64,000 nucleotides of DNA, taken from Phoronis australis. Taxonomy: Eukaryota > Animalia > Phoronida. Location: assembly GCA_002633005.1 (NCBI GenBank), contig NMRA01000006.1, forward strand, positions 789,861 through 853,860. Direction: 5' to 3'. The translations under genes were made by a program, and so were the position numbers. This document shows positions 26,496-37,921 of this stretch, piece by piece; the stretch's first letter is position 1; the number at the start of each line of letters is the position of its first letter. Under the pieces are notes generated by a model. It worked only from the letters and a program-made list of their open reading frames with translations, ran no database searches and was not told where the DNA came from.

Positions 26496-27292
26496 AAAAA
26501 AAAAACAGATTTTAAAACAGCAAAAATGGCCACTAGGTGGTGCAAAATAACTCGATTCCACCCCAAAACAGGAAGATAGCGTCATCACACCAATAGATGC
26601 CTATATTTAAAATTTTATGAAAATCTGTTGAGGAACATAAAAAACTAAAATTGCCACTTGGGGGGCACAGCAGTAGTCAGATCCGTCCGAAAGCCGTCAT
26701 CATTTGTAGTCAACATCATATAAATACACTTGCTAAATTAAGTAAAGATCCTGCCAACTATTTAGGAGATACGGCCATAGGCGCAAAAAAAAACTGCCAC
26801 TAGGAGGCGCCACAGTAGTCGAAATCGTCGGAATATCATAGTCAACCGTCCTCTTTATAGTAAGCGCATTCATGCCAATTTTTACAATCATCCTTTGAGC
26901 GGTTTGGTTGTTAGTTGGGTGGACGCAAAAAAACAGACTCGAAAACAGTAAAAATGGCCACTAGGTGTCGCACACTACGTCGAATCCATCCGAAAACAGG
27001 AGGATAGCGTCATTGCACTAATAGGTGCCTACATAACAATTTTCATGAAAATCCATTCAGGACTTTTGGAGATACAGAGGTTAACTAAAAAAAAATAAAA
27101 TTGCCACTAGGGGACACATTGGCAGTCGGATCCGTCCGAAAGTTCGCTCATGCCGTTCCATTCCATTCATTGCCGTTCCATTCATGAATGGAATATATGT
27201 GCCAAATTTCATGAACGTATGTCAAAGGATTTAGTAGATAGAGCAAAGGACGCCGGATGGACGGAGATGACGGCATAATGCGTCCACATATA
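26496..27292 (-). mobile_element. Helentron/DINE-1-like repeat, same family as 11627-12486, with internal GCCACTAGG repeats
   Basis: Its end GGACGGAGATGACGGCATAATGCGTCCACATATAA is near the reverse complement of the start of the 11.6-kb copy. Internal ~140-bp units with (T/G)GCCACTAGG recur. Confidence 0.55.
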
Positions 27293-27394
27293 ACTAGATC
27301 ACAGCGCATGTCAAAGCATCTAACTGTTCCAACACCAGCACACTCACAGTGCTCGGTATAACTAGATCACAGCGCTCAGTATAACGTCACTAAC

Positions 27395-27611
27395 CTCATC
27401 ACAATCCTCTTCCTCTGGGACTTCATCCTGTTTCTTCCCTGGCAGCTGGTAGCCCTTCTTCCACTGTGACGAGTCACAGCCCTCACCAGCCTTGCGCACG
27501 TTGAATGATGCCTTGGGCTTGATACTGGCCTGTTTCTCCTTCCATTCTTGCAGAGTCATCTCCTTGGCTCCCTCCTCCTCTTTGGCCTCCTCTTCGCCTC
27601 CTTCAACTTCA
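27395..27611 (-). CDS. SERBP1: SERBP1-family exon
   Basis: ttacag|...|gttagt. Encodes EVEGGEEEAKEEEGAKEMTLQEWKEKQASIKPKASFNVRKAGEGCDSSQWKKGY, the EMTLDEWK...FNIRKAGEG signature of the HABP4_PAI-RBP1 domain. Confidence 0.93.
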
Positions 27612-27957
27612 CTGTAACATATAACAAGAGTTCTGGCAATAGCAGGGCTTGCTAGACACACTCGAGAAAGGTCTAGGAGGCCTCCTGTAACTGAAAATCA
27701 CATAAACGCCGCTTGAAAATCGACGCATACATTGGGTGTGACTTATTCAGGGTTACATATGAAACTCATACAAAATTAATATCAACCCATTTCCAACCTC
27801 AGCTTAAAAGATCACTTGTGATTTATTTGATTTAAAGCATGTGGTGTTAAATTCAAATTATAATAGTGTCATGGCAAATAGAATATACGTCAAAGTCCAA
27901 GATTCCTATAACAGGCAAGCTAAGCCTACGAGCCTAAATGCATGCACAAGTCATCTC

Positions 27958-28020
27958 TGGATCAGAATCCGGTAAACATCATCAACTGACATTATGATGT
28001 CATTAGTCTTCATCATGTGA
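27958..28020 (-). ncRNA. Candidate intronic box C/D snoRNA
   Basis: Box C ATGATGA (28016-28010), C' TGATGA, 13-nt guide TGTTTACCGGATT and box D CTGA (27965-27962), on the host sense strand. Confidence 0.4.
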
Positions 28021-28072
28021 ACAAGATGACATAGTTAAAGAAATCGTGACCTCCCAAAACTAAGTCACCTAC

Positions 28073-28156
28073 TTGGGATCCTGGTTTTCTGTGTCCTCGT
28101 TCTGTGCCGTCCATTCAGGGTGCTCTTCCAATGTGTTGGTGACATTCTCAGATGCC
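28073..28156 (-). CDS. SERBP1: SERBP1-family exon (acidic linker)
   Basis: ttacag|...|gtaggt. Encodes ASENVTNTLEEHPEWTAQNEDTENQDP. Phase 2-2 fits both neighbours. Confidence 0.82.
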
Positions 28157-29260
28157 CTGTAAGTATCATCACTTTTTATTACCAAACAGCACTCTTACCA
28201 AGTTTAATAATGTAAGAGGGCTTCTCCTCGCCCAGGCACAGGCACATGTCTCCTGAGGTGAGAAAGGGTCTTGAATAGGGTTACTTAAATTGAGAGGATT
28301 TTGTCTCAATCAATTAAATTGTTAACAATTTCAAACGATTTGGACAAGAACTTCAATTTGAACCAAGTTGCATTACTGGACCGGTTATATCAAAGACCAT
28401 ATGCTCATTTCAGAAAGAACGAGTTCAGAGCTGGTGATTGCAATGCAACACTAACATTAAATACAACCTACATTCACACTTCACCCTCATCTTCACGAAG
28501 CAGCAGCAAAAATGATAGACACTGGTCTAAGTTACAAATGGGGCTACGATACAAAAAATTTGTACTTGGTTTCCGTAACATGGTACCCTTAAAAATGCTT
28601 GGCACAATTAGGGTCAAGTTAATTGAAACACTAAATGCACTTGAAAGTTTCTAAAACTCCCTAACATATTTAATGCACTGAAGGTTTCAATTAAAGCTAC
28701 CATCACATTATTTGCCCTAAGCCAGCATTATGCAAAGCAGCCTATTCTCATGCTCCAAAAGAACCTGCATTCATTTATGCAACAGCATGCAATAGTGTAA
28801 GGGTCAAGGTAGACAGCTACGAGGTGCGAACACTTGAATGAACTAGTGGCTGATTCATTCAGTAGCGAATGTACTTCTACTTAATGTCATGAAATATAAG
28901 GTCAACTAACGTTCACTGAAGGCAGCCAACTGAGTTCATACTTCTCCACCTGTGCCAGCCCTGACAGCAACAAGCACGTTATTTTTTAATTTCAGTTCCA
29001 CAACAACCAATAACATTTTCACAGATGGATATGTAAATTGGATTGTGGTATGCCAGTCATTCCAAGTAGAGTGAAACCAACCAATGAAATCAGAAAACGC
29101 ACACCTACATTTTCAGCCAACAGTAAGCCTGGATGACCGATATTCCACGCATTGCTAACTGTAAAAAAGGTTAATGTCCTGGCAATTGAAAGTAAAATAA
29201 TTTTCTAAGCATTAAAGTCATCAGTTTGTGCAAGGAAGTGGATAATCTGATTTCAGTTTC

Positions 29261-29782
29261 AGTGGCTAGGGTATTCTCCATCTAACAGTGGCAAGGGTAT
29301 TATCTATCTAACAGTGGCTAGGGTATTCTCTATCTAACAGTGGCTAGGGTATTCTCTATCTAAAGAGAGGCTAGGGTATTATCTATCTAACAGTGGCTAG
29401 GGTATTCTCTACCTAATCCCATATTAACGTGGCACAAGTGTGGCTAAAAAAGCTCAAAAAGCCAACCGATGTGGTGGTTGTATTTCGTACTAAAAACTGA
29501 ATTACTTATAAATTGATGAAAGCTAATCCGCCCAGGTAGATTGAGGGCTGTTCCAGCCAAATCTGTATGTGAGGGGAGAAGGTACTTTTATTTCGTACNA
29601 ACAGTCGCTAGGGTATTATCTATCTAACAGTGGCAAGGGTATTCTCTATCTAAGAGTGGCTAGGGTATTCTCTATCTAGGAGTGGCTAGGGTATTCTCTA
29701 TCTAACAGTGGCTAGGGTATTCTCTATATAACAGTGGCAAGGGTATTATCTATCTAAGAGTGGCTAGGGTATTCTCTACCTA
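29261..29782. repeat. 26-bp minisatellite (CTAACAGTGGCTAGGGTATTCTCTAT)n in two blocks
   Basis: Blocks at ~29261-29415 and ~29600-29782. The following unique sequence is duplicated (29401-29598 = 29768-29965) around a single N. Confidence 0.9.
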
Positions 29783-30329
29783 ATCCCATATTAACGTGGC
29801 ACAAGTGTGGCTAAAAAAGCTCAAAAAGCCAACCGATGTGGTGGTTGTATTTCGTACTAAAAACTGAATTACTTATAAATTGATGAAAGCTAATCCGCCC
29901 AGGTAGATTGAGGGCTGTTCCAGCCAAATCTGTATGTGAGGGGAGAAGGTACTTTTATTTCGTACCCACTGCTTATATTTTTCATTTATTTCTCCAACCC
30001 ATGACCCATAATTTTTTAATTAATAGGTTAAAATATAAAATCCAACACTTGCAAACAAATTGCCTCCAGGGTGACCTGTTAGGAACTTAGATGATTGCCA
30101 GACAAGATCTAGTTGTGTTGTCCAATATTGTCAAAAACTAAAGTAGCCAAGAGGGTGGTCGAATCAAAACAAAAATGACTTCTGTCAATGCATCCATCCC
30201 TGCTATATATTTTTGTGCCAAATTTCCAGTTGTGCCTAGACCTTTTTGAGAAAATCAACCTGTCTTGTCAAAAACTAACAGGGTGCCACAGTACTTGAAT
30301 CCAGCGTCCAAAAATTGACTGATGCCAGC

Positions 30330-30452
30330 ACATTCTTGCGATATAATTCTATTTCGACTTTCATTGTCAGTGATCAGTGAATCCGAAAATACGCGGAGGG
30401 AATAAAAGAAAAAAGCGGAAATCCGCGTTTCCGCGGAAAATTCCAAGCCTTG
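30330..30452. mobile_element. Partial end of the CAGGGCTTGGAAT MITE family
   Basis: AAAAGCGGAAATCCGCGTTTCCGCGGAAAATTCCAAGCCTTG closely matches 33037-33078. Confidence 0.75.
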
Positions 30453-30454
30453 TA

Positions 30455-30900
30455 ACCCGGAAAATAGACCGGAGAGTATTGGTTCAGTGGTTATACCATA
30501 TGTCTGTGGCACATCGAAGGCATTATGGCGCATCTTTGCGAAAGCCAGTATTAGAACATTCTTCAAACCAGTGAACACTTTATGTCAATTCCAGGTTTTT
30601 CCAGACTCCACGAGTGTACTGGAGAAATCTGTATTGGTCTACCATATCCTGTGTGGTGAATAGACTGTCGGCTAACTTGATACATCCCGATAAAATGCAA
30701 AGATAGAGTATCAAAGTTTTGACATCAGCGTAGGCCTCCACGGCAATGGCTTCTATGAGAGAACAGGGATTGACCAGTAACCAAACACCTGCGGCCAAAA
30801 AAATGTCGACTGGAGTTTCAGGCTGGCGCGGACAACCGGTTTACAAAAGAACACCACCACTGGCAATTAAGGTACAAACTTTTGAAATTCGACCTCCCGT
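30455..30900 (+). mobile_element. Penelope-like element remnant (region leading into the GIY-YIG endonuclease)
   Basis: One frame (30487-30660) reads VVIPYVCGTSKALWRIFAKASIRTFFKPVNTLCQFQVFPDSTSVLEKSVLVYHILCGE*, matching the PLE pattern IPYV.G.SE.L.RI....I...FKP.NTL...KD...KSGVVY.IPC. Confidence 0.75.
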
Positions 30901-31729
30901 CAAAGGAAATGTGCAAATTAGACTCTCCCTTACAAAAGGTTGACTGCAGGCCTGTGATGTGGTACACGACCCCCGTACCGGGGTCACCGGCCCACCAATG
31001 CATTGATGAAAAATATAACTTCAATATGCCGTCAATCGTTGGTGTGACCATGCAAATCTTAGGAGTAAATGATTCAAGAATAGGGGAGAATGACCCTGAC
31101 TAAATCAGACACTAAGATTTTGGCTGCTCCGCTCCGGCCGACTGACTTTCTTTGATGAGCTGTTTCAAATTTCAAAGATTTCAAGAGGTATTAGCTTAAT
31201 AATTGGCAAATGTATCAAGAAATGGTAGAACATTGTATTGAAATTGAAAAAATGAAACAGTAACAGAGCACTCGGCATTCCACGTTATACTCTTGTAATT
31301 GTAGCGAGAGCCGACGATAACATAGTTGCTAGGGTAGTCGATGCGAATATATGGAGCGCTGAATCAACGCGACTTTTCATGGTTTTGCATTTCACATGAT
31401 AACTGAAGAGTTCCATAGCAACTTGAGTACGATTCTAAGATTTGAATACGTTTCGAGTCTACTCGAAAAGCGACATTAAATTTTGCTTTTGCGAGTACGG
31501 CTCCAATGAGCACGATTTCGAGTATGATATCTCGAGTATGAGTGTGAGCCTGAGTACGAAGATTGCATACCGGGGCCCACGGAGTAACAGTTGATGGAGG
31601 TGGGGTGCGGCAAAACATTTCTATAATAAAATACAGTTGCATGCTACCTGCACTAGTTATTCGGTGAAAATTAATTATTTGATAAGAAATAGAATAAAAT
31701 AATTTCACTGACTGCTTCTGTACTAAACA

Positions 31730-32070
31730 TTCGTTACAACACCCGGCAACACTACACAATTGGTTGTCAAGCGATAGAGGCATACATTTCCCATAATGCA
31801 ACTGTGGCGGCAAATTCAAATATGGCGGATTTGCACATTCGCTATTGATTCGAGAGAGGAAACGAGTCCATACAGATAGCAAGATATGAATCCAACATGA
31901 ACAGAGATGGTGGGCGATGTCAACTTCCCCAGATTTACCACCAACTCTTAAATAAAAACAGAAGACTCGTCTATCCAACGACATTGCCACCTGGAGAGTG
32001 ATCAAGATGGCGGGTTACTGATCGGAATATCTCGCAAATGATTTTCACATAAGTCGGGAGTACAGCCTTA
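31730..32070 (-). mobile_element. Possible Kolobok-like DNA transposon end with the start of a THAP domain
   Basis: The minus strand begins TTAA-GGCTGTACTCCC. Downstream MPLSLDNQLCSVAGCCN resembles a THAP N-terminus (C-x-V-x-G-C-x-N). The other end was not found. Confidence 0.35.
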
Positions 32071-32547
32071 ACTTACTTTATTATCACTTTCATTGATATA
32101 TTTCTATGCCAAAAACTGGTCACCTGGATGCAACTGAACTAACTTTATATCATTGGTTTCATATTTTCCGCTTACTTGCTTGTAATTCAGACAGTGTTCA
32201 ATATCAGCGAAGCGACTGCACTTACTTGTAGCAACAAAACATGGAAAACAGATGCACAAAACAATAGCACACTATGGTAGAGTTGCGTAACTCAAGAAAA
32301 ACACGAAGGAAACATCTCACTAAGTTCTGTGTTTCTGTGAAGTTCTCACATCAACGAAATGAACGCCATGTCACTTTTGTGTCCTTAGCTTGGATGATCA
32401 GCTTGACCCAACATAACATTAACAATAAGAGCATCATAGTTTCAGTAAGAATAGCACTAAATTAGCTAGCTACGGTAGTCTTGCTGAGTCTGGGACAAGG
32501 CAGAGCTGGACATGACAAGACACAACAATCTCCTTGGATGTAATAGA

Positions 32548-33078
32548 CAGGGCTTGGAATGACCAATGACAAAAAACGCGGAAACTTTGAAACTTTTACG
32601 GCCCAAGTCATGCCCGATAAACAGTCTTGAAATGGTCAATGTGAAACTTTCCCCGACAAAAATCGGGAGGACTATAAAAAAAAAATAAAATAAAATGAAA
32701 AAAAAAAACGTTACCACCATCAGTAGCATGCGTCTGCGTCCTTTTAGCTCGCCCGTCCACTCCCAACCCACACATTTTTGGCTGCAGGGCGGTAGTATTT
32801 GCCGCCGCACTTAACAATAACACGAGACGCCATTGAAAATCACACCACGCTGTCCCAGATGCCCCGACAATGTTGACAATTTACGTTCCTCCGAAACATA
32901 AAGAGCAACTTCCGCTTTTCGAGGTGAACGTAGTCTGCAACGCTGCGGTAAGAAAGGAATTTGCCGCGGAAATTTTATATCAAATCCGATTTTTTTACGC
33001 GGAAATATTATAAAAAAAGCGGAAAGCACATTTGAAAAAAGCGGAAATCCGCGTTTCCGCGGAAAATTCCAAGCCCTG
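32548..33078. mobile_element. hAT-like MITE with 13-bp TIR and 6-bp TSD
   Basis: CAGGGCTTGGAAT...ATTCCAAGCCCTG flanked by AATAGA on both sides. An inverted, shorter copy lies at 59571-59884. Confidence 0.88.
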
Positions 33079-33256
33079 AATAGAGGAACCACCTATTACT
33101 GGTTCCATTCCTCCACTAACTGGACAAATATTTCATTCACACCACACCCCATTTTCAAAAGGCATCACTAAACTGTAGTTCCTTCCATGGGAGGAGTTCA
33201 AGTTCATCAACCAATCAAAACAGATGTTGTCAAGTAGACAAGGTCACACAACTTAC

Positions 33257-33328
33257 TCAATCTCATCAGTGGGCGTGCCCCAGTTATAAGATCCTCCGCC
33301 ATCTTTCTTGTCAACAGCCTTGACGCCG
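33257..33328 (-). CDS. SERBP1: SERBP1-family 72-nt exon B (GVKAVDKKDGGGSYNWGTPTDEI)
   Basis: ggtag|...|gtaagt, phase 2-2, conserved K..DK..G.G..NWG motif. Confidence 0.9.
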
Positions 33329-33479
33329 CTACCAGCAAAATAATGCATCAGTGTTAGACAGTGAAGTAAGTAAAGGAAGCTGTGCTAAGGACAAGATAAC
33401 AAGTTTCGCTAAGACAGAGTTGAATTCAGGCACATTCATCACTAAACACATGCCATCCCCTGCCTACAACACAACTTAC

Positions 33480-33551
33480 TCTATCTCCCGTTCCTGACTG
33501 CCCCAGTTGTGCGACCCCCCGCCAGACTTTTTCTCCTCTGCCTTGATACCT
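33480..33551 (-). CDS. SERBP1: SERBP1-family 72-nt paralogous exon A (GIKAEEKKSGGGSHNWGSQEREI), candidate mutually exclusive exon
   Basis: atacag|...|gtaagt. Same length and phase as exon B, open frame, same motif. Confidence 0.8.
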
Positions 33552-34656
33552 CTGTATCACAAATAAGTCTCGCATTACACAAGCCACAAATCTGAAGTAA
33601 TGTAGGACAGTTAGGTGACAGATACTGCTACATGTAAACATACCTGCCTAAGACAATCCTCATTTTGTCTAGCACCATTTTAATTGTTGCTAACACTGAC
33701 TGTTGGCAACAAGACAGTTGGGTGCATGTGTCAAAAATTTAACCACACACCATGTACATTCGAGTTAATGCTCCTGACAACATAAGCAACCAACCATAGT
33801 TATGCTCACAGCTTGTTCAGCTGCCTCCTGTACAGTGGAAAGTTCTGATTGACTGCACACAGCTTGGTTAGCGCCCTCCTGTGTTTTACTTAGTCCATCA
33901 TTTTAAAACGTTGAGAAGTCTTCAAATGTGGAAACCAGATCAGTTTTGAGTGACAATTAAAGCTATTGTATTAAGAAAATCGCATTCTGCAAGTGTCTTC
34001 TGCAGTGCATTACAAAGTCTTGTTTTTTGAAAATGACATTGAGACCATAGCCAGGCAAGTCTCTAGATTTCAACTTAATATCCAAGAGGTTTTGCCCATG
34101 TCATCAACCCGAGACTCGTGTAGGATTCTCTTTCTACTTAAGAAAAAACTCAAGACAAGTGTCTATTATTCCATTGGAAAGTATATTATGGTATACATAG
34201 ATAACTGTCTCATCCTATTTTGCATTTGACATCTCCAGTATTAGCTGTAAGTTCTGCGTTTCTAAGTAAATTCTCGAGATTTTACTTAAAATCTCAAGTT
34301 TGTTGCTTGAATCGGGGGTCATCAGGTGCAAAATTGAACTGCACCTAAGTTTAGTAATCCATAACTCACTGAGGTACTGAACAGATAATTATCTTGAGCT
34401 CGAATTTCAGACGCAGGGCCAAGGTAAGCCTTAGAATTTCCAACAAGCATTTCCTCCATTGCCAAATCGGTTAGACATGTACATGTAAGCACCCACTCCT
34501 TAATTTCAGAATAATGAATTAAAGTGACAGGGCATCAACTCAAAAAGTTACAGTAGCTTGTTTATGCATAAGATACAGTGGCCTGACTACAAGTAATTAG
34601 CTTGTTTATGCATAAGATACAGTGGCCTGACTACAAGTAATTAGAGCCATACTCAC

Positions 34657-34776
34657 GTTTTGTTACTGCCACTCCTTCGTTCAAACTCCCGCCTGCCTCC
34701 AAAGCCGCCGCCTCGCCCCCCACGTGCACCACGACCCCGACCCCCTCGACCACTCTCAGGCCGGTCACTCCTATCC
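34657..34776 (-). CDS. SERBP1: SERBP1-family exon (RGG box and REFERRSGS)
   Basis: tttcag|...|gtgagt. Encodes DRSDRPESGRGGRGRGARGGRGGGFGGRREFERRSGSNKT. Confidence 0.92.
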
Positions 34777-35395
34777 CTGAAAACATGTACGCTACATTAC
34801 AAAGATATGCCCACATTGCCAGGACAGCGTTGATGTGTTCTCTTGATAACTAGGCCAATGAAAATAGCTAATTCGGTTCTACTGTGCGTCACTCATTTTG
34901 AAATCTGCACCTCAGTTTAAAGGGAAAAAGCACGCGCCTGCATCAATTAAATTTTTTTTTAAAAACCCTAATGAACCTACTCAAGTGTCTTGGCAACTTA
35001 GCAACCACCTCTAGGTTTCCAAGGCAAGCGCTGTACTTCTCAATCACAGCAAGACCTCATAATGTAGTCAACCGTCTCACCAGACCGTTGAAGCTGGGGG
35101 AAAACACCCTACATCAATTCAGCCAACTTATTGAAAAACATATTAGCAACCAATTTTACCTTTTTTTGCCAAATAGTAGGTTTTCAAAAAACTGTTTAGT
35201 AAAACCAGTGTTCTATCAACTTAAGACCTGACATGCTAACTGAAACTTATCAAAAGCAAATGCACCAAACTCAATGACGGCCTTGGGGTGGTCTCGCCAT
35301 TCTCCAATGTACTGGCCCTCACTGTAATAAAAGGTTGTAGAAATTTAGCCAATGCTTCATATATTAAGTACACATTGGTGAACTACAAGACTCAC

Positions 35396-35519
35396 CTGTC
35401 TTGAAATCCTTGTCTTCTGGGAGGCACCTCGTTGTCACGTGTATCGCGTGAAAAGTTGACATTCCTGTCACCTCGGTCCGACTTGACCTGCGACCTTGGG
35501 CGTGTCTGCGGCCTTGAGT
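35396..35519 (-). CDS. SERBP1: SERBP1-family exon 2
   Basis: ttgtag|...|gtgagt. Encodes SRPQTRPRSQVKSDRGDRNVNFSRDTRDNEVPPRRQGFQDR. Phase 1-2 fits its neighbours. Confidence 0.82.
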
Positions 35520-37921
35520 CTACAATGAGGCCACTTAGTTAGAAAACCTGAATACATTTCAGTAACTGCTGTAATGGTCAAGTGCACCAATTTACGAAAA
35601 AATTTGCTGGACAAGTGACACCCTTGATGCAAACCACAGATTTTAGCAGCTTGAGTTGTCTGACAGCATCAAAATCGCGTCAGATTTTACTGAATATGGA
35701 CGGAATAAGACTTCTTTCACTGAATTAGAGAGATTTTGAGTGGAATTTCTGTCTTTCAGCAGCAGGTACCATAGCTTTAACATCTTAGGTTTTTATTTGC
35801 CAAAATTAATAATTCACCATATTGTGATCACAAATCAATCGAAAATCATTCTGAAGCAGACACACTCAAGTAATTGTCATTTTTGAAAGAGGCGCTGTTC
35901 ATTTTCCACTATCGATCCTTTACATATTTAACATCACGTACGAGGTATCAGTAAAACAAGAGCTGCGGCATATTTCAGCAGAGAAAAATTTCAGTAAACC
36001 TCAGGTCAATTAAACCACAGAATTTCATGTTCACTGAAATGGAATGTTTTCGAAAATGGATAAGCAAGGTCTCAATCTGTTTACAGAACACATTTATCAA
36101 TAAAACTCTTTATGAGGGTTTTGCACCAGTTTTCAGTGCCAGTTTGAAATTGAACACCAAAACGAAATACCAGCATATATTATTTAACTGAAAAGTACTT
36201 GGCAATAAAATCGAAAGCTTTAACTGAAAGTGGGGGTGATTTAATGGAGTCTTGATTTTATTTTAGGGGAATCTTTATTTACATTTACATTATTCAAATA
36301 ATGATTGTCCGTGTAAAACTTAAGCCGTGATGGTTCTGTGGCCAAAGCGGAACCTGACTTCGAGGTCCCTGACGAGTAAGTAGATTTGCAGTTCCGTGGC
36401 CAATACACCAACATAATCACAAGCACTTTACTTCTTTGGCTCACTAGTATTTCTTGACTGGAAGTTTAGTTTCCAACTTTGGATGGGTTATGTTCGTGAT
36501 GTCTAGTAATCAGCTTCCGAGCAACTGGCCGGGATAATGAGTCAGTCCCGCCGGCCGCGACAGGCCTGATTGGGCTCCGAGCCACTGGCCAGCCTGACGA
36601 TAACAATCGTTTTGTGTGTTTAGAACTAAAAAAATTAAGTCTAAACAACACCGATCTAGGTTCTCCAGGCTGTATCTCACGGAAAAATACTTAGAATTTA
36701 TCTCCGAACAGACCCCAAACTCCTGCTACGAACCTTATTAGCTTGCCGAACTTTGTAGGCTACGGTGTGACCAAACACCAATAAATCCGTAACAGCGAAA
36801 TAAAACAACACGTTTTTATAAGAGTTTTACATCGAAGTTTGATGATTAATTGGTGTTAAACGATAAATTCAAGCAATAAGCTGACACCAGTAACCCATGT
36901 TGTGAACTGCTAAACAGACTGCGTGTGAAACCAATTACGTCACTGGACAATTTCAACACCTCCGTCTGCCGTCAGGAAACGCAACCATACGTGCCCTTAT
37001 GGAGTAGAACTACTCGATCTAACTTGATACAAATTAGGTTGTTTTTTGGGTGGCATGCTCCTTTAAGTACTTAAAAACAATGCAGGTAAGTGCGCACTAT
37101 AGAGAAGGTCGATTGCTGCACGCTTTGCTAGCATGTTGGAGTTTTCAAACCAGCGACCTTGACACGTAGCCCATATTTAGACACGCAGGACAAGGTAGTT
37201 AACCCTTGGAACACAAATTTGTTCACATTTTGCAAATCTTACACCTATGATTGTTACAAAGTCTAAATGACGCAGAATACAGTACCAGCTCCTAACCAAA
37301 CCAGAAAATGTCATTTAATGAATAAAGTCAGCAGTATATGCAGAAATGACATCTTATTGTCAATGCCATTTTATTGCTGAATAACTTTACCGCAAGCTGA
37401 TGTCGTAACTTGTGAAAAGATGCCAAAGGTTAACCATCTGACCTAGTTTTTACTTGAATGCCATTTAAAAATGAGAGCAACTCTCGAGCCATGATTTCGC
37501 AAGTGGTATTTTACTGACAAATTTCATTTATTTGGGATTACAAATTCTTGTTTAGCAAACATGAACAGAACAGAGGATAACTATGATATGAGTCAGGTAT
37601 GGTTCGAAACATTTGTGAAGTAGCACATTCCAAATTTCTTTGAAAACCGCCATTAATACAAGAGACAACACACGCGAGTAGCACCGGTTTGTGATTGGTG
37701 CGACCTATTTAGATTTTCAAACTCTCGCTATTTCCGTCGTGGGTACTCTTGTTACGCGCAACGGCATAAAACATTTTTAAGGATATTTTTGAACACAGAA
37801 GATTCGTAACATACCTATTTATAGGCAACATCTAGCTCCTTATTTGGCTGGTTAGAGGCTACGATACTTCCCATCTCAATGAGAGCACGTGATTTTGGTT
37901 ACAATTTTTTAACGCGCGACA

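Noticed and set aside
28910-28960. Possible poison exon in a SERBP1 intron
   Set aside because: It has only a weak acceptor and donor and an early TGA. Nothing distinguishes it from chance.
29401-29965. ~200-bp exact duplication beside the 26-bp minisatellite
   Set aside because: The junction is a single N (29599) inside a tandem array, so it is most likely a scaffolding artefact.
31364-32005. 213-aa minus-strand ORF as a host gene
   Set aside because: It has a non-ATG start and no coherent domain apart from a short THAP-like start. TE decay explains it better.
33348-33442. GTGATGA...CTGA between the duplicated SERBP1 exons as a C/D snoRNA
   Set aside because: There is no terminal stem, no recognisable rRNA or snRNA complementarity, and the D box overlaps the probable branch-point region.
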